DNA from: Octopus vulgaris | Taxonomy: Eukaryota | Assembly: GCA_951406725.2 (NCBI GenBank) | Contig: OX597838.1 | Span: forward strand, 15,066,001 to 15,130,000 | Length of the DNA: 64,000 bases | Direction: 5' to 3' | In this document: positions 26,116 to 40,388 of the stretch, piece after piece | Numbering within the stretch: position 1 is the stretch's first letter | Layout: the number at the start of each line of letters is the position of its first letter | Made by a program: the position numbers and the translations under genes | Notes under the pieces: model-generated | The model's database searches: none | The model's input: only the letters and a program-made list of their open reading frames with translations | What the model was told of the DNA's origin: nothing

Positions 26116-26683
26116 AACAGCAGAACTCGAAGCAACTCAGAGAAGCTACACAAAGAAAATCGTCTCAATGCAAAATGTCAGCTACTGGGAAAGACTGAAG
26201 GTATTAAACCTCTTCTCCCTGGAGCGGAGGCGGGAGAGATATGCAGTAATATACATCTGGAAAATCCTGGAGGGTCTTGTCCCAAACTTTGGCATTCAAA
26301 GTTACTCCAACCGCAGAACGGGGCGCCGCTGCGTGGTGCCAAGGATTCCAACATCACCATCAAAATACAGGTCCAGATACTGCAACAGCTTGGGTTTCAG
26401 AGGACCACAGCTTTTCAACATCCTCCCTAAATGCCTGAGAGACTTACATGGTGTGGATGTGGGTTTCTTTAAAACTAAACTGGATCTCTTCTTGTTGGGA
26501 GTCCCAGATGAACCTACCTCACGACAGGAGACACGGATGCGGGCAGCAGCATCGAACTCCCTTGTTGATCAAGTGCCACGTATCAGAGGTGGATTCACAA
26601 ACTAGTGTGGCTCATTCAGCGGTGGTGCCCCAGCATGGCCGCGGCCTTCGGGCTAAAACATTTTTAAGGATTTAAGGATTTAA

Positions 26684-26686
<3 letters not shown>
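26111..26686 (+). mobile_element. 5'-truncated CR1/L2-group LINE (ORF2 C-terminus and 3' UTR) inserted in (TA)n
   Basis: Peptide [57 protein letters not shown]; stop at 26605; (TTTAAGGA)3 tail. Confidence 0.88.
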
Positions 26687-26723
<37 letters not shown>

Positions 26724-26862
26724 CTATACATACACATGCGTACGCTTGAATAGTTGCTTACAAACATACATGCATACATATAGATATATGTACATATATC
26801 TATATGTATATATATAAGTATATATAGTATATATATTTACATATATGTATATGTATACATAA

Positions 26863-26910
<48 letters not shown>

Positions 26911-27176
26911 GGAGGGGTATATATGTACACACACTAAGCAGATTATAACAATGTGTGTGTTCAAAGCATATGTGTGTATATATTCCTGCGTTGCACATTT
27001 TCTTTAGCAATTTCTGTCAAGCGTTGATCAGATTTCATTCATTTCTCGTGTTGAGACTACAACACTAACATCGAGGTAGAGTCATCGCAGCTTATTACAA
27101 ACACATGCACTATTATTATATTCACTTCACTCAGCTATATTCATTCAGTTAAAATATATAATAGTCATAGTATATT

Positions 27177-27387
27177 CTTTTACTCTTTTACTTGTTTCAG
27201 TCATTTGACTGCGGCCATGCTGGAGCACCGCCTTTAGTCGAGCAACTCGACCCCGGGACGTATTCTTTTTGTAAGCCCAGTACTTATTCTATCGGTCTCA
27301 TTTTTGCCGAACCGCTACGTGACGGGGACGTAAACACACCAGCATCGGTTGTCAAGCAATGCTAGGGGAACAAACACAGACACACAA

Positions 27388-27448
<61 letters not shown>

Positions 27449-27625
27449 TATATATATACATATATACGACAGGCTTCTTTCAGTTTCCGTCTACCAAATC
27501 CACTCACAAGGCATTGGTCGGCCCGGGGCTATGGCAGAAGACAACTTGCCCAAGATGCCACGCAGTGGGATTGAACCCAGAACCATGTGGTTGGTTGGTT
27601 AGCAAGCTACTTACCACACAGCCAC
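27177..27625 (-). mobile_element. Full-length CORE-like SINE
   Basis: Same family as 4170. Confidence 0.87.
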
Positions 27626-28091
27626 ATATTGCCTCACTTATATTAATGAATACAGTACCACTGATTTCACATTGTCGTAGAGGTAGGAGAAAAGTATTTG
27701 AAAGCTTGTCATTTATACCATTGTTTAATTATTCGGTTGGTGGATTTGCAGAATCTTTATACCATCGGCGAAAAAAATACATTCTGCTGTTTGCTAGTTT
27801 ATAACGGCTCTTTACGTTCGAAGTTCAAAACCCGCAGACGTCGGCTTTACTTTTTGTATCGACAGATTAAAATGCCAATCATTTAAACACAGAGGATGAA
27901 TTAATTGGTTAACCCCCTAAACCCTTAATTGGTGACCTTGGGCTTAAATCAAAAGTAATTGTTATTATACAATCATAATACATTAAAACTGAATTTTAGT
28001 GGGTTCTTTTTTTTTTAATAATGGTTGCAAGACCTCTACTGCAATATAAATACTCTGTCTATTTCTATATACGTGTGTGCGCGCGTGTATG

Positions 28092-28151
<60 letters not shown>

Positions 28152-28270
28152 GAGAGAGAGAAACTCAATATGCACATTGATAGATAGATATGTAACAATT
28201 ATATGTACGCATGTATGTTGTGTATAATAACTATATATATGTGTTTGTATGTATATGTATATGTGTATAT

Positions 28271-28353
<83 letters not shown>

Positions 28354-28385
28354 GGAGAGATGTATTGATATTTACATGTATACAT

Positions 28386-28461
<76 letters not shown>

Positions 28462-28781
28462 ATACATATGTAAAGAAAGGGGCAGGAGAGGGAGATTTAT
28501 GCATATTCACATGCATACATCTACACATATATATACACGCGCTCGTGTATATACATATATAATGTATCTATGTATAATATATATGCGTGTGTACTTATAA
28601 TGTATATATGTATAATGCATATATGTAGACATTATGTACGTATATATATATATACACCCACACACAAACACAGAAACACGTGTACGCATACACATATACA
28701 CAGGTTACCAAACAGACGGACAGACAGACGGGCAGACAGACCAACAGACGGACGGACGGACTGTCCGTGCGAAACACTTAC

Positions 28782-28789
28782 CTCCAACT

Positions 28790-28860
<71 letters not shown>

Positions 28861-29498
28861 AAATCCTCTCGTGGCAACTAAACTACCTTGCAAATGGTGT
28901 TGTTCTGTCTGCGGCGCTTGTTGTGTGTCTGTCTGTGTCTGAATGTCTCTGATGTGCCACCAACCACAGAAGCGTTAACTGCTCAGTTTGGTCGGCTGGA
29001 TGGCTGGCCGGCCGGCTGGTCGGCTGGCTGACTGGATGGCTGGCTGGTTGGTTGGTTGGTTGGTTGGTTGGTTATTGAAGAGGAATAACGAACCGCGATG
29101 ATGTTGATGCTGATAGTAACAATGATGATGATGATGATGATGATGGTGATGTTACTGATGCCGAGTGTGACAGTGATGGTGGTGTAGGTGACGACGGGGA
29201 CGACAGCGCCGTGCAAAATGTTGATATAAACGATGATGATGATGATGATGATGAGGCGGAGGAAGAGGAAATTAACAAAGATGGAGACGTTAGCAGTGTC
29301 GATGTGTATGAACTCTCCTTTCTCCTATAGTTGTTCTTGTTGTTGTTGTGATTGTGGTGCTGGTGATCAGTTGAGCCTGTCAACATGTTTTTGCTGCTGC
29401 AGTTGTTGTAGTTGTTGTTGTTTTTGTTGTTCGGGTGGTGGTCAGGCTCCATCCTGTCGTGACCACAAGTGTCGGCTGTTTGCCGCGTTCAACGAAAA
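28782..29498 (-). other. Candidate exon A (duplicated block) carrying a 126-aa low-complexity ORF MEPDHH (29072-29452)
   Basis: 5' boundary tgtctgctgcag|TTTTCG preceded by ctcac; perfect donor GAG|GTAAGT at 28782/28781; paralogous to the block at 31194-31824. Confidence 0.4.
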
Positions 29499-29611
29499 CT
29501 GCAGCAGACACAGGTGAGTTGTAATGTAGTATGCTGTGTTGTACATCCTGTAGATGTGATAAGACTGATCAGACAGGTAGACAGACAGGTAGACAGGCAG
29601 ACACATAGATG

Positions 29612-29681
<70 letters not shown>

Positions 29682-29715
29682 GAGAGGGGGGAGAGAGAAA
29701 CAGACAGACAGACAG

Positions 29716-29826
<111 letters not shown>

Positions 29827-29863
29827 GAGTGGGAGAGAGACAGAGAGAGAAACAGACAGACAG

Positions 29864-29926
<63 letters not shown>

Positions 29927-30190
29927 TAAGAACAGTGAAAGAGAGGAGAGAGAGAAAGAGAGATAAACAGACAGACAGGCAGGCAGACAGACAGACAGAC
30001 AAGCAGAGAGACAGGCAGACAAGTTAGGAGAGAGAAACCAGTGATCTTAGAGACAGAGAGGAAAAGATGTTTGGAGATGAACAAAAAGATAAAATATGAA
30101 TGAGACACAGAAAGGAGAGTGATAGAGGAAGAGTTCCTGAGACAGACGACATCGATAGATTGATAGACAGATACAAAGAGAGAGAGGGGG

Positions 30191-30240
<50 letters not shown>

Positions 30241-31019
30241 AAAGGGAGGGCGCAGGAGAGAAGAAAATTTAGTGTAGAATGTTAAGAGAGGGTGCAGAAG
30301 TGTTAAGTAAAGTATATAGAAGGGGTGGGAGGTTAAAAAAGCGACGACGAAAGGGAGATTATATATAGATGGTGTATGAGGAGGAGGGTTAAGGTAATCC
30401 AAAGTGAGAGGAGTAAAAAGTGAGGCGGAGAAACAAAATGAGAGAGAGAGAGAGAGGGAGGGAGGGAGAGAGAATCGGGTAGGTAGGTGGAGGGACAATG
30501 AAAGAAATATCGTAAAAGGAGGAAGGGGAGGAGACAACGGGGAGGAGGGAAAGGTAAAGAAAAAGGAAGGCAGGGAGGTTGGGAATGAGGAAGAGGTGGA
30601 GGAGGATACGAGGGTTAGCAATGAGAGGGAAAAGACAGGAGGGGGACATATGAGGATCGGGAAGAGGAAGAGAGTCATAAAGAGCGATTTGCAGTTAAGA
30701 TGTTGGTGGTGGTGGTGGTGGTGGTGGTGGTAGAAGCGTGAGTGAGAAGGGTAGGGGGTGCATTTATGTGCAGACGACACTCGAACAACAAAGCAACGAC
30801 CACCTGAAAGAGGATGAAATAAAGCTCGCCTCTTCCTGCTTCATTTTTATTTTTCTCGCTCTTCTTCTTTCTCTCTCTTTCTCTCTCTTTTCCTCTCTCT
30901 CTTTCTCTCTCCCTCTCTCTGTGTATCTATCTATCTCTATAGATATATCTCTATCTTTTTATCTATCTATCTATCTATCTATCTATATATCTCTCTGTCT
31001 ATTTATCTGCCTGTCTGTA

Positions 31020-31052
<33 letters not shown>

Positions 31053-31067
31053 GTCTGTCTGTCTATA

Positions 31068-31098
<31 letters not shown>

Positions 31099-31193
31099 TT
31101 ATCTGTCTGTCTGTCTATATATCTATCTATCTATCTATCTATCTTTCTATCTATCTATATCTATCTATATCTATCTATCTATCTATCACTTAC

Positions 31194-31232
<39 letters not shown>

Positions 31233-31824
31233 TCTCTATGGCTCTCACACTCTCACTTTACACTCTCACTCTCACTCCCTCCACTCACTATCAATCTCCC
31301 GTTCTCTAACTTTCCTTTTTCTCTCTCTGAAGATCAGTCTCTCAAAGTGATGACATCACTAACGTCGGACTTAGCATGTGGTAATAATGGTGGTGGTGGT
31401 GGTGGTGGTGGTGGCGGCTGCGGCGGCGGTGGTGGTGGTGGTGGTGGTGGTGGTGGTGATAGTGGTGGTGGTGGTGGTGATGGTGGTGGTGGTGATGGTG
31501 GTGGTGGTGGTGGTAGTGAAGGTGGTGAGGAGTATGATGGTGGTAGTTTTGTGGTGGTGACGGTAGTTGTGGTGGTGGTGGTGGTGGTGGTGGTGGTGGT
31601 AGTGGTGCTTGTAGTGGTGATTGTGGCATTGGTTGTAGTGGTGTTTTAGTGGCAGGTACAGAGGTGGCCTACAGTGGGGGTTGTAGTGGTGATCTAAAAG
31701 TGGTAGTGTTGGTAGTGGTATGATGGCGGTGGCAGTAGTGGTGGATACTTGAACTTGTCAAAAGGTTATTGTTAAGGTGGTCAGGCTCCATCACGTCTTA
31801 TCTGTTTGTTGCGTTCAACGAAAA
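31194..31824 (-). other. Candidate exon B (duplicated block) carrying a 40-aa ORF MEPDHL (31669-31791)
   Basis: 5' boundary gtctgttgtag|TTTTCG; overlapping donors GTGAGT/GTAAGT at 31197/31193; shares 16-nt and 17-nt identical blocks with exon A. Confidence 0.35.
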
Positions 31825-31902
31825 CTACAACAGACGCACATACTGTGGCGCACCCGACAGATAAACAGACAGACAGTCAGAAGGACAGACAGATAGACAG
31901 AC

Positions 31903-31987
<85 letters not shown>

Positions 31988-32802
31988 CATTGATTGACAG
32001 TTTGATAGACATGTACTTGGGTATATCGTTACAACATTACTGAAATGTATATTTGAAGCTTTTCTCTGGCATAAATGATTTCCTAAATTGTGAGAAAATT
32101 TATACAGATTTTATAATTGGTAAACGCATATTTTATAAAACGACTCACATTATGACAAGGGGTCCCTTCGTAATGGCACCAAGAAGGATAAAATACAATA
32201 TACGATCTGAACTAATGTTCTCAGGCGTGAAATCAGACCAAGAAATATCTTGTGGTATAATCCAACATTTAGCCTAAGCATTCGCTCATATATTATCAGA
32301 GATTCCTTGGGCCTAATTTGTTTTCATTTTCTGATAAATAATAGAATCCTAAGCCTTTTAATATAAATACGATTATGAGAACCTATTTTTACCGGCACCT
32401 ATAACCGTTTTTATTCTAGAAATTTTTCCAACAACACTAAAATATAGACAACAAAAACACAGTGTCTTCTACTGGTTGTTGTATCGCTTCAAGCAATTCC
32501 TCTCACTTGTTAATGATAATTCTCTTTCTACAGCTTTGAGCTACAGTCTAAACTAACAATAACGACGCTTCCACGAATTACATCAATTTGACCAAGAATC
32601 GCTTTAAAGTTCGCTCTTGCAAACATAAGAATCCCGAAGGAAAATTTTCCACAAGCCTCTCCAAGCAATTTTGATTTTCAGACGAAACAGAATCTGTTGC
32701 GTTTAAAATTCAAGAGTCAATTTTCGATTATGATATTTTATTCAGGTCTACTCTATAAGTTCTATTTAAGCAAGGAACTTTTTTATATTGTTTTAAAATA
32801 AT

Positions 32803-33038
32803 ACCTATTTCTTTATTACCCATGAGGGGCTAAACATAGACGGGACAAACAAGGACAGACATAGGTATTAAGTTGATTACATCGACCCCAGTGCGGAACT
32901 GGTACTTAATTTATCGACCCCGAAAGGATGAAAGGCAAAGTCAACCTCGGCGGAATTTGAACTCACAACGTAACGACAGGCGAAATATCGCTAAGCATTT
33001 CATCCGGCGTGCTAACGATTCTGCCAACTCGCCGCCTT
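32803..33038 (-). mobile_element. Meta-like SINE monomer
   Basis: Full unit; TSD TTAAAATAATACC (32793-32805 and 33037-33049). Confidence 0.87.
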
Positions 33039-34721
33039 AAAATAATACCAGTTTGAATGGACGATCGGAGATGTTAAGTTTCTACAAACATTCTTCGAAA
33101 TTCTTCCTCTGTAATTTTGTGACTAATTTTGTGACTAAAGCAACAAAAACTCACAAAATTTTGGATTCAAACGGCAATGTTCGTTATCCTGTGTCATCTC
33201 TTTTAAAGACACTCTACGTATATTGTACGCTATCTTCCTTTTATAATTTCTTTGAACTCTTCCTTTAAAGAGTGCACTTGTTCGTAACAAGTCACTATTC
33301 GAGGTTATTATTTAGATACGTATTTCGTAACATAACGAGGTCCACCAACAACACTAGGTACAAATGTGAATTTGTAACCAGAGTAGAGACACCTTAGCTT
33401 TCGAAGTAGTTTTTTAAAAGTAGCCTCTTTCTCAAATGTTCACATCTTTTCTGCCCCATGCAACTGTGTCAAATGTACCTGTGTATGCATGTATATATGT
33501 ACGTATGCATACATGTATCGGTGATTTTTGTCTTACTGGTTAAGACAAAAGGGAAGGAAGAGCTCCTTTCGTGACCCTTAGTTTTTCAAGGTCCCTGAAA
33601 GTCATGGGAGGAAACCACCATGAACAGGGAACGTGTCCTGAAAATTTGCAACAGAGTGAACTCTGTAAAGGTATCCTAGGGCCTAGTGGTGCCCTTAAGC
33701 CGAGTGACAGCTTAAATGTACCATCCGAGAACTTACAAAGCAAAGAGCCACAGTTAATACCAGAAGTCATTTTCTCCAACGTTTTCTCGATTCTGTTAAT
33801 ACACCTTCTTGGATTAGTACTTTATAAATCGACCCCAAAAGTAGAAAAGGCAAAGTTGACCTTGGTGCGATTTGAACTCAGAGTTAAGGAAGTCAGAAGA
33901 CATACATTTTGTTGTACGTTGCTACCGACTCAACCAATTAATTCGACTTTAAACCTGGACTGGGATTGATTTCGAGTTATATAGCAAGAACTGCATCAAC
34001 AACAACAGAAATCAATCGACAATCCACCCGTATTTTCATTGTCCTTTTTCTGTAACGGGTACTCATTGATTTTGCATTACTGCTTTTTATTTCCTTTTTA
34101 GAAAATATCTAGTATCCACCCATAACACCACCTCTCAGACTAAAATACCAAGAAACGACAAAAATAAAAAATCTCAACTCTTCAAAAACTTCTTATCTGG
34201 TACCAAAAACAAAGCTAAAAAAAAAAACAAAAAAAAAAAACAGAAAGAAATTGCAACAACATCAGCAACAGCAGCAGCAGAAGATGCAACAGCAACAAGA
34301 GCAACAGCAACAATATATTTTTCTTCCCAAAAACTAGCGAAGTAAAACATCTCATCTCATCTCATTCGGAAATAAGAGAGAAGGAAAAAAGTGGGGTGGG
34401 AGTGATGGAGTAAAAGGGAAAGCTGGCGTAGCAGAGATTACATAAAATTATATTTCAGTGACTCTTTGAATATTTCAAGAGTTCTGCTATATTTTATTCC
34501 ATTCTAAGTATACACAGTTTGTACGACAGTCAACACAATTGAAACACAGATGAACAGAAAGAGAATTTTTAATGGGAATTTACAGAACCGCGTCTCTTTT
34601 TAATTCGTCTTATTCTGAAAACTAGTAAATTATGGAAACTATATATATATATATATATATATATGTGAGTGTGTATGTACATATGTATGTATGTGAATAT
34701 ATATAAATACATATACATATA

Positions 34722-34763
<42 letters not shown>

Positions 34764-34838
34764 GTGTGTGTGTATATTCACGCACACACACATAAAATTA
34801 CATGGTACACACATATATATATATACATATGTATATAC

Positions 34839-34902
<64 letters not shown>

Positions 34903-35282
34903 TCATATATATATATACATCTGCTTATGTATGTACGTAGATATGTAAGTATGTATACACACACATTGTAAAAACTAGTAAATTATGCAAGATAAGTATA
35001 TACACTTATATATATACATGTATATATGCATGTATGTATGTGTGTATATATGTATATGTATATATATACTTGCATATAAATATATGTGCGTATACGTATA
35101 TATATATATACATATATATATATATACATATGCTTATATATATGTATATATGTGTGTGTATATGTATATGTATGTATGTATCAATATATACTGACTCACA
35201 CACTCAAGCATATACCTATATGTATATGTGCATTTGATCTCTAGTGATACTGTGCTCTAGTAAGGAGAGGTTCATACATACG

Positions 35283-35323
<41 letters not shown>

Positions 35324-35418
35324 TTACTCATACACATACACACACATACACGTATATGAATATGTATATGTATATATACAAGTGTGTGTATATACATATA
35401 TATGCATGTGTGTATGTG

Positions 35419-35479
<61 letters not shown>

Positions 35480-35643
35480 TGTATGTATATACTGTCAGCT
35501 GCAAACTAGGTAGCTAAAGAAAGACTAGACTGCTTGACTAATTATAAAAGCTTATATTCCAGGGGCACAGTTTAAAGGTTATATATTTATGGATAAAGCA
35601 AACCCTCTCACCTCATGTATCCGTGTATGTATATTTACGTGAA

Positions 35644-35674
<31 letters not shown>

Positions 35675-35793
35675 TTGTGTGTATGCATACATATATATAT
35701 GTGTATGTGTATATATGTCTGTGTATGTGCATGTATATATATGTATTTATACGTGCATATATGTATATATGTATTTATATATGTATATTTATG

Positions 35794-35824
<31 letters not shown>

Positions 35825-35884
35825 ACACATGTGTATGGACGCCTGAATATGAATACATATCAATGCATAATTTTATACATATGA

Positions 35885-35922
<38 letters not shown>

Positions 35923-36028
35923 CTCGTACTATCGGAATCTGAACTGGTTCAGGTGTCTTTTTCACTAAATAATGATCTATTTGGTAAATTATGTTGTCTG
36001 TAGTTCTTTTTTCACCTCATGTTAGTTT

Positions 36029-36091
<63 letters not shown>

Positions 36092-36158
36092 ATGGCGATG
36101 GTTGTGTCGTCGTTGGAGTTGCAGGTGGTTCTGGTGGTGATCATGGTTAATGTTGTTG

Positions 36159-36190
<32 letters not shown>

Positions 36191-36604
36191 GGTGGTGGTG
36201 GTGGTGATGGTGGTGGTGGTGGTGGTGGTGGTGTTGGTGGTGGTGGAAGTGGTGGTGGTGGTGGTGGTGGTTGTGGTGGTAGTGGTGATGGTGGTGGTGG
36301 TGGTGGTGGTGGTGGTGGTGGCGGTGGTGGTGGCGGTAGTGGTATTGGCGGCGGAGTCGGTAGTGGTGGTGGTGGCGGTGGTGGTGGTGGTGGTGGTGGT
36401 GGTGGTAGTGGTGGTGGCGCTGGCGGCGGCGGTGGTATTGGTCACGGAAGAAAAAGAAAACCCAAAGTGGAGTAATATTTTAAGCAGAATATTCCCATTT
36501 GATAAAAAAGAAAAACTATTTTCGATAAACTTCTAAATGGAAAAATCTAAAATTAAAAATAAACATAGGAAAAAAAAAAACTCGAACAAAACTCTCTTAA
36601 AAAT

Positions 36605-36645
<41 letters not shown>

Positions 36646-37350
36646 AACACACACACACACAGAAAAAAGAAACAAGAAGAACGATCAGATAAGACAAGGA
36701 AATATGTCAGGTAAGATGTTTTAGTGTGTATACAAAAAATCTCTGATAAATTCTGATGGTTAAGGCGTTTGATGAGAAACGGATCTTAAAGCAGAAAGCG
36801 AATTATGTGACATGACTGGGATATGATTGTTTTGGATATATAAGTGAGTCACGACCATAAACTAGGGAACGAATTATGTGGCGGTTAAATGTGTTATGTG
36901 GTGAATCATGTGTCATAAAGCAGAGAGCGAAAATAATGATAATATAATGCAATAATGATGTAATAATATAAGGGTATAATGATATATTAATAATATGGCA
37001 TAATTTAATAATGTGACAATATAATGTAATAATATAATAACATAGTAATGTAATACTATAAAAGTATAATGTTAAGTGAAAATATATGTCATAGATGATA
37101 ATAAAAAAAATTGGCAGGCGTCAGATGTAAAGTTTTAGAAGATCAAGGTGAATTGTGAAAACCAAAAATTACAAAAAAGATGGCGGAAATCAACATAACG
37201 TTAAAAATTGGCGCTACGGGAAAGTTCAAAGCATTTTGGATATTGACAAAATCGTCATGCTTATCGTGTGTGTGCGTGTGTGCGTGCGCACACGCGTTTA
37301 TGTTTGTGTGTGTTTACATTGGCGCGAAAACGCACACACACACACACACA

Positions 37351-37406
<56 letters not shown>

Positions 37407-37515
37407 GAGAGAGAGGGAGAGAGAAAGAGAGAGAGAGAGATGTATATATACCCAATCCCTTACACGAACGTATACTACATACATACACATATATGTATAT
37501 ACAATTATATGTGTA

Positions 37516-37549
<34 letters not shown>

Positions 37550-37639
37550 CACATATATGTATATACAAATATATATATGTGTGTATATATATATATAGAG
37601 AGAGAGAGATGTACATATGCCCAGGCCCTTACACAAACG

Positions 37640-37693
<54 letters not shown>

Positions 37694-37704
37694 CATACAC
37701 ACAT

Positions 37705-37767
<63 letters not shown>

Positions 37768-37770
37768 AAA

Positions 37771-37813
<43 letters not shown>

Positions 37814-38211
37814 TTTATATATCCCAACCACATGGTTCCAGGTTCAGTCCCACTGCGTGGCACCTTGGGCAAGTATCTTCTACTATAGCTTCGGGCCGAC
37901 TAAAGCCTTGTGAGTGGATTTGGTGATTGGAAACTGAAAGAAGCCAGTCATGTGTGTGTTTGTTCTCTTGGTTCATGCTGGTTCATGTCTCCTTATTCTA
38001 GCGGTTCGGCAAAAAGGAACCGATAGAATACGTACAAGACTTACAAAATATAAGTCCTTTAAGACGGTGTTGCAGCATTGTCGCTGTTAAATGACTAAAA
38101 CAATTAAAAGAATGAAAAAATATATAGACATATACGGACACGGACACACATACTAAGTCTGAGTTCCCTACCCACGGAGTTTTGTTTCGTGGGTTTTTCT
38201 CTTTTCCAGAT

Positions 38212-38381
38212 TATTTCGCATGCTTTCAACCAATGTGACATCGAAATCATGTGTAAACGGCTCCTTTCCCCACAAAAAGAAAAATTTGGCTGGTATTTCG
38301 CATGCTTTCAACCAATGTGACATCGAAATCATGTGTAAACGGCTCCTTTCCCCAGAAAAGAAACATTTGACTACTATTTCG
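38212..38381. repeat. Direct tandem duplication, period ~82 bp
   Basis: TATTTCGCATGCTTTCAACCAATGTGACATCG.. at 38212 and 38294. Confidence 0.92.
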
Positions 38382-39192
38382 TGCACGTCCTGCTACCACG
38401 TAACAGGTATTTCGGATCCTTTATCGCAAATAGGTATGTGGTAGCGGGATGTGCTAGAAACAGCTACCAAATTTTTGGAGGTCAGATACGTTGAATGCAC
38501 TCGAAAAAATCTATGAAAAAAGTTAATTTAAAACCGAGGTTACGAACGGGTCTTTTACGAAATATTTACTGTAAATATAAAGTTATTTTCACTTTTAAAT
38601 AATTTTTAAATATGCCCCAAAAATATTTTGTAAGGACATTAAATTATTGTTTGTTTAAAGAAAGCTAAAATATAAATACTTACTGTACAAACAACTTATA
38701 TTTCTGAAATCACATTCACTTAAAAATATTTCTAAATGATTAAAATATTGTGTTTAACAAAAGCGAATGTAAAAACATTTACTGTAAAAAGCAAATCGTA
38801 TTTTTTCGTTGTAAAGCCACTGTGTCTAATCGAAAGGTAAGAGTTTCTTCCCTTTCAGGGTTAAGTTATTTTCGAAATGATTTCCCATTATGCACCGTTT
38901 GGGGTATATATACCCTGAAAACCCCTAATATCCTAACAACCACTTGTCCGATTTACACGATACTTCTTTTATTCCATCCATATTCACATTTCAGGGGCAA
39001 CTTAATTCATAGTACTTTCCTATTATGCGCCAGCTTGGCTGGGTAACATTGCAAGCAAGCAAGCAAGATTCAAGCTCACTTTTAATGTATTATAGATATA
39101 TACCTACATATGGAAAATAAATACAGCTAAACGTATATTATCTCAAGAGTGCGTGAGTGTGTGCTCGTGTGTGTATATGTGTGCTTGTGTTT

Positions 39193-39263
<71 letters not shown>

Positions 39264-39839
39264 TGTGTGTAGCAGTACATTTTAAAAAAGAAACATGCAG
39301 TTTTTGCGTTACCGTTGTAAAAGCATGAGTGGCTTAACGCTTTACTATTCGTTCAGTTATAATTTTTCTAATGAACCTATGTTGCCGACAAAACGAAACG
39401 AGCTCTGACATACTTTTAAAGATGTTACCCATAACATGCTATTCTGCCCTTATGGAACAGTATAGCATGCTTCTTTCAAAAAGGCAAAGCTTTTACGTAG
39501 GTTACAGATTTTCAGAAATTCAAAAATAGGATTTCACATAGATATATGAAAATTTGGGTTTATGGATAACTCTGGTTGATATAGATCTGCTCGATCCCGA
39601 ATTACCCGGGATCAAACGACAACAACGACGACCACCACTACAACGACATGAATCTAATACGAAGAAAAACTGCTGATTGGCCGAATTTGTAGCGTCTCAA
39701 ACAAAAGGGGTTTCCATTGGGGTTTTTTTCCGGTGCGATACGTTCGGAGTTGAATCCCCGTCAAGGTCGACTTTGCCCTTCATCCTTTTACTGCCGATAA
39801 AATGAAATGGCGGTGACGTACTGGGGTCGATGTAATCTG

Positions 39840-40251
39840 TTTCTTTGCTGCCCACAAGGGGCTAAACACAGAGGGGACAAACAAGGACAGACAAACGGAT
39901 TAAGTCGATTATATCGACCCCAGTGTGTAACTGGTACTTAATTTATCGACCCCGAAAGGATGAAAGGCAAAGTCGACCTCGGCTGAATTTGAACTCAGAA
40001 CGCAACGACAGACGCAATACCTATTTCTTTATTACCCACAAGGGGCTAAACACAGAGGGGACAAACAAGGACAGACATAGGTATTAAGTCGATTACATCG
40101 ACCCCAGTGCGCAACTGGTACTTAATTTATCGACCCCGAAAGGATGAAAGGCAAAGTCGACCTCGGCGGAATTTGAACTCAGAACGCAACGACAGACTCA
40201 ATACCGCTAAGCATTTCGCCCGGTGTGCTAACGTTTCTGCCAGCTCGCCGC
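39840..40251 (-). mobile_element. Meta-like SINE dimer inserted antisense into an older copy of the same family
   Basis: 17-bp TSD CTGGGGTCGATGTAATC (39821-39837 and 40252-40268), which is itself SINE sequence. Confidence 0.87.
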
Positions 40252-40388
40252 CTGGGGTCGATGTAATCGTCTTGCCTCTTCCCAGCCTAAGTTAGCCAAT
40301 TATTATCAAAGAGTGACGGGTAGGCAGAATCGTTAATGCGTCGAAGAAAATGCAACCTCTTCACATACTGAGCTTACTATTATTATTT

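Noticed and set aside
25982-26605. 207-aa cellular gene
   Set aside because: The N-terminus is (TA)n translation and the rest is a truncated LINE ORF2.
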